A stretch of 64,000 bases of DNA from Diadema antillarum. Taxonomy: Eukaryota. Every line of letters starts with the position of its first letter. The first letter of the stretch is position 1. The stretch covers positions 186,001 through 250,000 of the forward strand of contig NW_027271575.1 in assembly GCF_040938485.1 (NCBI RefSeq). The letters are read 5' to 3'. Shown one piece after another: positions 36,897 through 49,400 of this stretch. The notes under the pieces were generated by a model. That model worked only from the letters and a program-made list of their open reading frames with translations. It ran no database searches and was not told where the DNA came from. The position numbers and the translations under genes are program-made.

Positions 36897-37504
36897 TTAA
36901 AGAGATGCTACAGTAAAAAAACAGTAAAAATTCAACTTTGACTTTTTTGCGAGATACTTACATAAAGCACTTCTGGAACATGATGCACGTCAAAGAGGGA
37001 TCCCGCTTCATTTATTCTTCGCAAAGGGCAGGGTGTTTAACCCGGTGAAATGGTCGCGCCTCACATCCAACTGGATCCCATGGAGAACCAGCTATTGCAG
37101 CTGGCTATGGGCTATCCAGTCATCTTCTCAGATGGAAATGAACAAACAAACAAACAAACAAACAAACGAACGAATGAACAAACGAAGAGCATTCAATTCT
37201 TAGAGGAAATCAAAGCTATTGGATGAAAATCGGTTTTGAATGTCTGAGATATCCAAGAACAAAGTTAAAGAAAAAACGACAACGATCCTAACAGAAGTTG
37301 GGTCCCACCTTTTATTATGATTGCTTTGTTTTGGATATCTTAGTCATTTCAAAACCATTTTTCATAAAACAAACTTTGAATTACTCTTAGAACTCTATGC
37401 TCGTTCATGTTTCCTAAAAGCTTTCTCATTATCTCAACCAATTATCATAAAAAAAGTTGGGATCCTGAAGCCCTTTCTCAACCAAAACTGTACCATTCCT
37501 TGAA
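36897..37504. mobile_element. Degenerate Kolobok-like element with an internal retroelement 3'-end fragment and (AAAC)n tail
   Basis: Left end TTAA-AAGAGATGCTACAGT and right end ACTGTACCATTCCT-TGAA are imperfect inverted termini. A stem-loop plus AAAC run lies at about 37075-37170. Confidence 0.4.
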
Positions 37505-37527
37505 GTAAACTTTTAGCAGCAACACCG

Positions 37528-37572
<45 letters not shown>

Positions 37573-37888
37573 AGATAGTGTGTGCATNNNNNNNNNNNNN
37601 NNNNNNNNNNNNNNNNNNNNNNNNNNNNNNNNNNNNNNNNNNNNNNNNNNNNNNNNNNNNNNNNNNNNNNNNNNNNNNNNNNNNNNNNNNNNNNNNNNNN
37701 NNNNNNNNNNNNNNNNNNNNNNNNNNNNNNNNNNNNNNNNNNNNNNNNNNNNNNNNNNNNNNNNNNNNNNNNNTCCTAGTATACAGTTTACGGCATCATG
37801 GGTGTACCAGTTAATTTCAAAACTCATACTGGGCAAAAACACACACACGCACCCACAAACACACGTCTGCCATCAACCGCATCAATGA

Positions 37889-37939
<51 letters not shown>

Positions 37940-40263
37940 AGGGGGGAGGGGGGGGGGGAGAACAATGCATATCCATCTCCCCAAACTAATGAATAATGAA
38001 TAATTCCTTTTCTTAACTGTGAAGGCTCTTCAAAAAACGAAATCACAAACCATTCTCTTCTAATTCTGTTAAATACTCTCATTTATTCCATGATATAATC
38101 GAAATGGTTCATACCCAAAGGCACTTGTAGCCATAAGTTGACTGCAGCACATGACGAGTATATGTAATATAATTTGCTGACGTGAAATAAGTAGACTGTT
38201 TGATATGTATACTCAAAGAAAACCGAAGAAACTTTTGAACACGATGGCCGACATTTATAAACTTATCACCACTATCGAGAGTACGTAGAAGCTCGAAGTA
38301 ACATGGTATAACGGAAAGAAAGAAAAGTTTATGTAATAGTATTCTGACATTAACTGGCAAGAAATAACGAAAAAGAAAATGAACGTCTCCATGTCTACTT
38401 GAATGTAGAAGCATGACTATTGGAACCAAATACATTAACGCCATTACATTAAGCAGCAGCATCTTTTAAAAACGCATATTTTTCGTTAACACAGCGAAAA
38501 GAAAACATGAGCAATCTAGACATTTTGCCTTAGAAACAGGAGACTGTGTGTTAGTTTTCTCTTCACCGCGAAGATCTAACAATTTATGACATTTATATAT
38601 GAACATAGCATGAAAATAATATACTGTTTCTTCTAACCTCGGCCGTTCGATCTGCCGCATACTGATTCGTTTTTCCGTCTTAGAAATTTACAGTTATTCA
38701 CACACTAGACAACTAGTAGAAATAAATAGGTTTACTCAATAGAGTACTTACATACATGCGCCTGCGCATAAAAAACATATTTTTCTAAACATAGCATCTA
38801 AAAACATGGAAACGGATCAAACACATTAAATGGTTTTGTATCAGGCGAGCTGTCTTTAGATGGATTCAGAAAGTGTACTGACATGGCTATAATGAATAAA
38901 ATACTCCCATCATTTATTCTCTTGGAATGTTCCTATTTGATTGGGAGATAAGGTTTTCATTTTTTTAAAATTCTTTTGTCACTTACTGACTTTCCATAAT
39001 AATTTTGTTCAGTAAAATGCGCCAGCGCATTTTAACTCTGTAAGCAAGCCATCACGACATTCACACAAAATGTATTTGTTCCATCGTATTACTATAACAG
39101 GACAGTCTTCACACACTACCACGTCCGAGCCATCCCTTTCCTTTTATAGAAGATTGTATAAGTCGGACGTAAAATAAATGAATAGATAGATAAATTAGCA
39201 AATAAATACCAATATGAAGATCAATGAATATCATCAACAGGTCCTCCAACATTGATCATTGGTCCCGATTTGCCCTCTGGCCTATAGCTTTCTTTTCTTC
39301 TCTATGCTTTGGGCAAAATTGTTTTTACCATTTGTTGCTTCTTTCTGGTAGCATCAACTTCAGTAAATTGATACCTATCCATATTCCATGAAGTAAATCA
39401 TATCGCAGACATATGAATAACTGCTGTAGCACGACCGTGTTCATGACGCTATCTTCATGACGATGACACTTCAGAACTTTTTCTACGTGCTCTATTCAAA
39501 GTAACATGTCAAGTTTGAGTAGAGTCCTATAGTGTTAAAACTACTTATTGTTAGTCTGAACTATTCTTTTGTTGCTGTTGTTGTTGTTGTTGTTGTTGTT
39601 GTTTGTCAGACTGATGAACACATATATGACAGTTTGTACTATGCAATGGATAGCTAAGGAGGAATCAAAAGAGATAGATAAATCTGAAAATTAATTGGAG
39701 CGGTGAGTAGGACTGAGAACAGTTAAAGTTTGAGAAACTCGGTCTTCTGATCTCCGCGCTCTCGTCTTCCACTGTCTTCCGGTTTGGTGAGACTCTGTTC
39801 ACCGCTGTTGATACTCTTACAACTGAAGCTGAAACCTCCGAAAGTTTTATCTCTGCCGTTACAGAAATGAACATCTAACTTCACCTCAGCTGATTTTCGC
39901 TAATTCCGTGACGAACGGTCTTGAGAAAAATAGTCCTCACTTTCCCAACGAATGTCATGGCGCGCTTACGTGGAAGTTGAGCGGTAGCCGAGCTGGTCTT
40001 CTTCGTTGGAGAAACGAGCGGAACGCTCCGTTGCATTGAAGTTGCAGTTATATTTCTTGAAAGTTCGCTTCGAGTAGAAGTCTGGCTTCAAGTACTGCTG
40101 AGTGCATCGTATGCTGCTCTGTCTTTTTCCCCGTGTATTTTGCGGGAAAAACGCCACTTCCAACATGCAATAGGCGAGAGAACCTCAGAGCTCCGTTCAC
40201 TGACGAGTCGTAAGTCGGGTCGTATGGTAAGGTGGGTAAAATCGTGCCAAATCACATCGCACT

Positions 40264-43200
40264 TCAGACCGAGGACTCGATGTCAAAGTAGAGCTCCGTA
40301 GTCTCGATGGGTGGCGGATTGAAGATCCACGACTCGAACGGTCCCATGCTGTCCGATTCATCCTCAGATTTGGGCTTGGTTCTCGCCATGATGTAGCGGT
40401 CCGAGGCGAAGCACCGCTGGTAGAGCGGCACAAGGAGATACAGGAGGGTGGCTACACAGTATATTCCGACGCTGGCGTAGATGGCGTCATCATAAGAACC
40501 TGTTCGATCGACACTCTCACCTGTTAATAGAGAACAAGAGCATCAAACACAAAGAGTTACAACCCTCTTTGTAACAACTTCACAATAAACAGTAAAAAAT
40601 TTAAGACAGGAAAAAGACTGTAAATGGATGCTCAACTGCAAGATATTGTTTACGAGACAGCAGACTAGCTGGTTACAAGATGTGAAAATATATGCGAATA
40701 TAAGCTGACAAATTAATCGAAGAAACAAACAAACAAGAATGACTAAATGTCTTCAAGTCTGAGATCAACAGGATGCAGTAAAACATTTCTATACAATTTT
40801 TTTAAGCAGGCTATAAATAATTTGTTTGCAATTATGGTACGTATAAGAAAGTCTGGCTAGCGTTAAGGTCATTATATTTTGCGGGGTTTTTTTTAAACTA
40901 TCATGACAAGTAGCGATTATGACGTCATGGAGTGAACTAGACATACAACGACGAGGGCAAAGCCGAACACGTACCGAACAGAGAGCCGAGAATCAGGCCG
41001 AGGCCATTGGCTATGAGGATGACTGTGCAGGACTCGACGCTGCGGGCAGCACCGAAAACCTGGTTGCAGATTGAGTACGGCAGGGCGTCGAACACGGTCA
41101 TGATGAAAAATCCCGTCACTGCAGAACAAACAAAGTGAATCGAAACAGTCTGATAAAATGATTCCTTTATAGAATAATGTGCCGTAACTACATATCATGA
41201 GGTTAGAGTTTAAGCTTAAGAAGGAACGAGAAACACGAGATATTTAATTTGAAGGACAATTTCATGTTAATTGAATTCAATGTCATTGTATTATCTAAAT
41301 TCGCTCTGATCTAATTAGATTTGATTAGATTTAACTTCCTTATTTTTTATTGTGTTTTGTTTTGTTTCGTTTGGGGTAGGCGGGAACGTACCGACAGCAA
41401 TGCACATCATGGCTGCGATGGACTTAGCGGCCATCAAACCGAACATGACCCCGATGCCGAGAAGGCTGGCGATGACGAAGAGGTAGATCTTGGGGAAGGG
41501 CAGGTGGTCGCCGAAGGCGGAGAGGCAGATCTTCCCGAAGACCTCGGCGACGGCGATGACGGTCATGATGATGGCGCACATGGACTCCTGGATGCCAGCC
41601 GTGGTCATGAAGTTCACCTAAACACGTCATAAAGAAAAGGGGCGGATCGAAAATGAAATAAGTGATGGTAAAGTGCAAGCACCCGGCCTTCTTGGTAGAA
41701 GGCAGCGGGACGGTATGGTGACGCCAAAGCGGAAAAAGAGCCAAAATTATGATTTGATTATCTTGACTCGGAAGAAATATCTTTCAAGGACAATCGCAAT
41801 GACAGATAGATGATTATCTGCACGTGATCCACTTTGCGATCAGCAGTCAAAGCTTAATTTCATTTTGATGTGAGTAATGATGTCATTTTGAATCATGTAA
41901 TTTCATTTTCCTGAGCAGAGATCGAGCGCGTCAACCAAGGACGTTGCGAAAGCGTGTTGTTTGCTGTCGTTTCGACAATACGGGAGATCTGTGCACTTTG
42001 TTAATACATGTAGTTATCTGTCAGGGGATTTTGGCCCACTAGTCGTATGGTTTGAAAAAAGACTTTATCTTCGGATGAAGAGTTCGTGATAAACCATGGG
42101 AAAACCAGGGCAGAGATGTTCGCGGCGGTCCAGCGCTCCGCGAAACAGCTTACTACAGCCCGGTATCTCATCTCACAAGTCCTCCTCGTTGCCTTATCAG
42201 TTGTTTACGTATTCGGTTCTACTTTTTTTTCAGTCCGTTAAGTGCCTACTTAAAAGATGTGTCAAGTAGATTTTTAAGCGAACTTTGAAGTATAATGGGA
42301 TAAGATGTTTACTCTTCACCAATCACTGATAACAGGTGCGCCGTACGCCCATACACCTCATGTCACCAACAAGCCTCTTTCGTATTCTTAATTTTATTTC
42401 TTTTGAAGGAAAAAGAAAACTTGGGCAGCACTCTTTTGACATGACAATCGTGATCTTTTTCATGATAATTTTGTTGAACTACTTTACTTTGTATTTAAAT
42501 GATACTTCAATGTCGCGGGAAAAATGATAGATTAAAGTTCAAACACTTGTGCATACTTTTACAAGACGACAAGGACAAGGTGGTATATCGATTATTTACA
42601 TTGATTAAAATTAATCTTGTACCAAGAATAACACTTGAGAAAAACAACGTAAATGTATGTGCCGTGAAGAAGTGGGAAAAGTTATTTTGTCTCACCCTTT
42701 ACATCCTATACTCATAAAAAGTCAAAACAGAAACACCATAAGAACAAAGAAAAGCCCGTTTGATTATACATCCCTCTATAGAATAATACATTACTATGTT
42801 ACATTGTTACATTGTTATGATGATATTATCTTATTATCAAAAAGGTGTCATACATGCTAAATACGCCCGATAGTGTGGTATATTATGTTGGTAAGTAAAT
42901 GCCTAAGATAGCATCATTTTAAACTGTATATTTGCTATGTCGCCACTATATAGTCAGAATTGGAAAGAGAGAATCAGAGTTTAAGATTGGTGCCAGCAAA
43001 GGCTTTTGTAGCATTCAACCAATTTTATTATAAGGAGAAAAAAAAAACAGAATGAGAAGAAACAGCATGCCTGAATTCTTCACATTGCATTATCCACATA
43101 TTTTTCAATGACATAAGAGTAAAGCACGCCCTCCCTCCTCATGGTGAGGATGGGATAGTCTTTTTCGAGAGCGATGGACAGTGGTCCTATTGCAAGTTAG

Positions 43201-46200
43201 ACTGTTTACAGTTGTTCAATCATTAACCGATGCGAGACGGGTCCAGTAAAAACTGCATTACAGGTCAACTCGCAGTGTTTGGTGACTGGTCGAAGCCCAT
43301 CTGTCCCCGTTCCCAATAAATTCTTAACACGTTTTGTCTTGTCACTATTTAAGTCTGAAGTCTTGTGATCACTTTGAACACCCCCCACCCCCATCCTTCT
43401 TTAGACGGTGCAGCAGTAGACTAAGTTTTGAGAGTCTCCTTAAGATCTTGATATCGAACTACATTAAGCTCATGTTACCTAACAGTCACCTAACAGTGAC
43501 TGACAAGAAATCAAATCAAATCAAATCTCAGATGAAATCTCAGATGAAAATATGAGCTTTGATTTGAGAAGGAAAGGTGAAGGTGATGGACATCGTGGTA
43601 ACTTACCATGCTGACGTAATAGAAGCTCATTGTCATTGCACATCCCATCAGGCCAAGGGCGAGGAAGTAGATTTCCGGATAGGTCAGGATCACCAGACAC
43701 CTCTTAACAGTCTCCATCCGGGTCGGCTTCTTTCCCGGAATCTGAACTTTAACCTCTTTCTCATTCATCCTCACTTCCGTCGTCTGCTTGGTCTCCGACT
43801 CCTGCGAGGAGGAAGAGGGCGGCAAGAGGCCCTCCGCCTCGGCCGCCTTGGCAATAGCTGCCTTGCTCGGGGCGGGCTCGGAAGCGGCGAGAGGCTTTTT
43901 CTTCTCGGCTTCGTCGGCGACCTCGGTGGGCGGGGTTGGCGGCTGGCTATACGTGGAGATGGAAGGGATGCCGAGTGCGAGGATGATGCCGGCCATCACC
44001 CGCAGCATGTTCCTCCAGCCCAGGTTGGTGACGAGGTAGAAGATAAAGAGATTCATGGCAAGCATCCCTGTGGAGAGCGAGAAGACGAAATAGAAACCAT
44101 CAGTTAACATTGTTATGTCATTGTTAGTCAATACGTTACTGCTAAATTTCCTGTGTACGAAAATAAAGGGATACCTGTTTATTCTTCATTCAAGGTATCG
44201 AACTTATGCTTCTTGCGCCACGATGTACCCTTAAACCATGATGATGATGTCAGATATTCCCGTAAGAGTATCACCAAATCTAGCAATGTCAAGACGAATA
44301 AGTTTAAAGAAGTTTCATCAGACTAGGAGTCATGCAAAAGAACAAAATACATAGGTAGAATAATACTCGATAAAGACCACTTGATCATAACAGTGGACTT
44401 CCTTCCATAAATGTCCTTAAACTCTTCGATATGATTCATTCCCTTGTTGGTCTGTAGCTTGCATTTCACTGGTCATTTCAATGCAAACACTTTTGTCTTT
44501 CGGGGATATTTTCCGCTTCAGGTGAATGACATGAAATTTGTACCTACACACGAGCAAAAAGTAGAAAAAGCTCTTCTTACCTGATGTGGTTCCGATCAAG
44601 GCCATGCTGGTTGCTCGGGAGCAGTTCTTCTTCGGGAAGTACTTGAGGATAAGACTGATGGAAGCAATGAGCACCATGTTGATTCCGATGCCGAAGAGGA
44701 CGCTGAAGGTGAAGAACATCGGCATGATGCTGGGCATGAAGGATGTGATGACCAGCGACCCCACGCACATGACGAGGCCGATGCTGGCGATGAGACGGGA
44801 GCCGAAGCGGGCGATGAGCGGGTTGGAGATGAAGCTGCCAAGCGTGTGGAACCCGATGGCGATGGAGCCGACCCAGCCTGGAGAGAAAAGGGGGTAATCA
44901 ACATAGGTTGGCAAAGGGTGGAGCAGCTAGCGGATGCTGAGGGGGCTGGTGTGGAGGGGCAGGTGGTATCGTCCGTGGTAGTGTCCCCCTATCGTGAAAG
45001 TCGATGCGGCCAAAAGTCATTCTCATTACCATTCCTATTAAGGGGGTATGTGAGAAAACGGGAACTTTCGCTGCAAGAAGAGAAGAGATACAACAAAGAG
45101 AGGGGGAAATGGGAGAGAGAGAGAAGACGAAATGAGAATTGGTTAGCAGTCGAGCTCGAAGCACCAGGGGGTGGGATCAGGGAGGTGAGGTCACCTCCCT
45201 GGTAGGATGGATGCCTGTAGAATATTACCATGTTGGCAGAGCTCTACGGAGGCGAGCAAAGATTACTGATGCAAAATGGTGTATACGATTGATGCCTTGC
45301 TCTCGGGAAATGATATGAAATGACCCATGGAAGACACAAAACAAAACGCACAAATACCACACTACTCTGTTTATACATCATACATAACACTCCACACGTG
45401 GTGTACAATTGTAGCTACGTTTGGCAATTGCATGATGTGCCGCGTGGGGCCAGGGAGGTAACCGGTGAGGTATCCAGTGACGTAAAGGGAGATGATCTGT
45501 TTAATCAGATATAATAAAAGGAGAAAATGAATAGTTGAAGCCCTGATTACATGAAACCATCCCTCTTTAATGCCCCTAGATGCTCTGATAAAGAACACCG
45601 TAACATGGCGTCCACACAATAGTAATGTGTCGTCGGTTTGAAATTAAACGAGACCCGAAGATAGTAAAACTACCAGAAGCCATGATGACCAGTTATCACT
45701 CGCTGTAGTTTACAGAACCACGAACAACCTAGTAATAATCTTTTCGGTTATTTGTTCGGGAACGAAATGCGTCGTCTAGCCTTGAGGATGTATTCGTCCA
45801 GCAATCAAAGACAGCAATAAACATCCGTATCTCGATTTTTTGGGGAGACTGAATTGAACGTTTGCTGGAGACACAAATTATATGACCATTTAAAGAGAGA
45901 ACACTCAGGTTTATGAGATCCATATTTGAGTAAGGTTAGATGTCCTTCGAAGCATGAATGATGTTTGCTCATTCCATCAGAATGATGACACTTGGGAACT
46001 TTACCACCTTTTTTTCTCTCTCTCTTATGTTTCTCCCTTCAACCAAAATGTGGGATTGAGTAATGGAAGGCTTAATTCCAGTGTAAACCATTACAATGTA
46101 ACCTACAAAAACCTAGTATCCTGCGCGTTTGACCAGATACCACAACAGCAAAACTGGCTTGTTACCACGGCAATTGCTTTGAAGTTACAGCAAGAAATTG

Positions 46201-48160
46201 TCAGACCATAGACATGTTATCCAACAGGGGGTTTGAGACTATGACATCATTTTTACAAAACGGAAAAAAAATCTCGTCTTTCGTCATTCTATCTCGCATC
46301 TTATATCAAGCGGGGTACATGGCTCCTTCGCCTTTAAAATGTTACCAAGTCATTATCGCTTGTGTGGACAAAGTCTATGATTAATTGTACTTTCACAACG
46401 ATTATCACTTGATTTGGAGGCTTGGTCGAGCGACGAGGTAATCAGGCAGGCCCTGGAACCGGTTCAATCTACTTTATTTCGGGTATTGACGAAGATAGCC
46501 GCGGTTGCGGGCCGGGTTTTGTCGATATGTCATGTTTGATTTCTCGTGGTTAGTGATTAGAGATGTCAGTGCGACGCGGTAAATCATCAGGGTATGTGAC
46601 ATTCTCGCCAACAAGTGTAATCGTGCTTTCTACTTAAACAAAATATTTTTTTTCAGTTACGCTAAGTAATATTCACGGTTGCATGCACTTTAAGGTCATT
46701 TGGTATATGAGTTAGTTACATAAATACAAAATAGTTAACATTGAAACAGCTATCGTTTGATAATAAAATAATCTATTGATCAAAGAAATCAATTTCGATT
46801 GACTTATTTAGAGACATGAGGAGATCTGGATCCATCCACATAATCACATTGCCCTTCTTGTCGTCAAAATCTGTTGTAGTTCTGGGTTAAACGGTATTAC
46901 TGTGCTCAAAGCCTGCGACACTGAAGGTTTAAGAGCTTCACGCATTGAATTAAACCAGGGGAGCAGAACCGAGTTTCTGAGACCATAAACAAGTGAAGAT
47001 AGGTACTAGTATACCAATACTTTTCAATACATCCTTGATGTATAAAAGTATTACGTTCAGATCATTGACAGCAGTTAGAAATGTCCTTAGACAGCACGTA
47101 GCAAGAACTGTATTTCTAATTATAGTTCTATCTCTGACAACGTAATAATGCGCATCCATTTTTTTTTCTAGCATTACGTCTTTCTACCACAAGTTGTACA
47201 GTCAAGATGATACAATTATTGATTTGCTTCCTATTTCTAACGAAAATGTTATTCTCTACAGCAGGCATGGTTGAAACATCTGGATTGTTGAATACTGGTG
47301 AAACAAATACATAATGATGGCCGCAATCTGGTTATTTTTTTCAGAACAACAAGGGATAATGTATATCCATGGGGCGGTGGGGCGGGGGAAGGGGCGCTAT
47401 TAAGCTGTCAGGTATTATCCTGTGGTGTCGTATGGTAAAAAAAAAAGATCGGAATTATTATAATCTGAACGTACAACCACACTGATCAGCTACTAGCTAG
47501 GACTTGATCTGTAAATATTGTTATAACATTCCATGTCTCCTGAGAATCACTTCTTCTCTTCCACAGTGTGAAAAGATAAAGGAATTCATAACGAATGTCC
47601 AGAGAAACATGAGTACAGACACCAGATAATTCAGACATTACATAGCTTAGATACTGCTCTGCATAACATCATTATTCTCATTCATTACAATAAATTACGA
47701 ATTAAAATTTTAGAGTTCTCAGTGACGGAAAGGGGTCTCCATCGCGCTGGAACAAAAATCGAGAAAGATAGTTACAGGAGGAATAAAAAAAGCAAGACAC
47801 GGTGGACGAGCCCGTCGACAGGTAGACGAAAATTCCACTGCCATGCATATTATATTTCTTATATATCGACCGACAAAAAATTGTGTTTAATCTGCAGGTC
47901 ATTGTATAACTACGAGGAGAACGGAAAATATCCAAGTGGATCTAAGTGGTGGCGATTGTGCAAGATATGAGGGAGATGCACGGTGAGGGTAGGTTTTTCA
48001 GCGGATTTCCCGAAGTTTAAGAACGATTTGACAGACAATACGGTCAATGTCATACATCCACACTCACAACGAATCATTGAAGCAATATTGACGAATGAAA
48101 TCACCAAATCATTACACGAATGGATAATATGAAAGTAAGGAATGAATGGATGGATGGATG

Positions 48161-48191
<31 letters not shown>

Positions 48192-48618
48192 TGATAGATT
48201 GATTGATAGACAGATAGACATGTTTATATAATCATTTAAGACGAATGAATAAATCCATGCCAGCACAGATACATTAAACAAAATGAACAGAAAATATAGG
48301 AATAAAATGTTGCAGATTTCAAACACAGGGAAGGATGTAATTCAAGGATGGAGGAGGGCCGGTACAGACTTGTCTCAATGTTTGTAACAAAATGATGAGG
48401 ATAGACTGATGTATAGAAACAAACAGGGATTGAGACTCACTTGTTGGTGAGGCTCCACTTCCGAGGTCCTCCTTGAGAGCCACGAAGAGGATGCCGTAAG
48501 AGTAGAGCATCCCGAAGAGGGCAAAGAAGGCCACAAAGGCAGCGAAGGTGACCACCCAGCCCCACTGCTTCCGGAACCACAGCTTCACTTTTTCCATGTT
48601 ACTCTTGAAGGCAGACAT
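40264..48618 (-). CDS. SLC16 / monocarboxylate-transporter-family MFS transporter, 520 aa, 6 coding exons
   Basis: Minus-strand exons 48618-48441, 44877-44581, 44067-43607, 41617-41392, 41118-40975 and 40520-40264 total 1563 nt with consistent phases. Motifs: WGWVVTFAAF...SYGILFVALKEDLG...WVGSI...LIARFGSRL...FGIG...KYFPKK..RAT...GWRNMLR...AEVFGKI...GESVDRTGSYD. About 12 hydrophobic segments and a large central loop. Orthologue not assignable by eye. Confidence 0.95.
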
Positions 48619-49039
48619 GATGATGATGTTGTTTGTTTCTCCTAAGGATGCGTTGCTTGGTAGAAAAGTACAGTCACGCGATGAGATGGCTATCAACTTG
48701 GCAGTGAAAGATTCACGAGTTGCTTTGGACGAAGCGAGGTTTTGCGAGACTGTCCGCCGAAAGTGTTAACCAGATTCACTCACAACTAACTCTTACAACC
48801 AGCTGTCAGGACAAAGTGGTTGCGTCGTCTGCTTGCAGTCGTTGAAGATCGACAGAAATTTGTTGCTTGAGAAATTCTGCGACCCTTTCCGCGCTGCGGT
48901 GGTTGCTTGGTTTTGTGCAGTTGGTGGTGGGCTTGATGTAGGGTCAGGCCTACCGAAGGCTTCAGCTAAAGGCTGATTGAAATGAGCTGAAGAGCTCCTA
49001 AAAGCCGCTGTCACCTTCTCGTAGTCATGAAGAATTGCT

Positions 49040-49400
49040 TGTATGCTGTGCTCATACCACCATCTATGAATTTATACGGCTGAGGTAGCCGTGGCATGGT
49101 AACAGCGAGGGCCTGGTAACAGCGTACGCTGCTTCGGGGTTTCACTGACAGTTCGCAATCAGCTGTTCGCAAATCAGCTGATTGCGGTTTATGACGTCAC
49201 GATCGAAGGCGAGGGCTTCCCTCGCTATAACCTCGTTTGCCAGTCGTTTCAATGCAATACTTCCCCTTTGTTCGGTGGTTGAGCGCTGAAGAGGCCGCGC
49301 GTATCGTCGAGAGCGAAAACACGCAGCTCACGTACCCGCCTACCAGCGGCGACCTAATTCGCTGACCTCGAAATTTGGTATCATTCAATGATTGGCCATG
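49040..49400 (-). promoter_or_regulatory. Candidate promoter of the SLC16 gene
   Basis: CpG-rich block containing TATAAA (minus strand, 49071-49076), two CAGCTG E-boxes (49160, 49175), a perfect CRE TGACGTCA (49192-49199) and CCAAT (minus strand, 49391-49395), 450-780 bp upstream of the ATG. Confidence 0.45.

Noticed and set aside
40250-40266. Stop-codon readthrough of the SLC16 TGA
   Set aside because: The context is TGA-AGT, not the leaky TGA-CTAG, and another in-frame TGA follows after three codons.
44846-45231. ORFs in the GC-rich part of SLC16 intron 1
   Set aside because: No domain, start context or splice support. They partly reflect an AG-rich tract and the antisense of exon 2.
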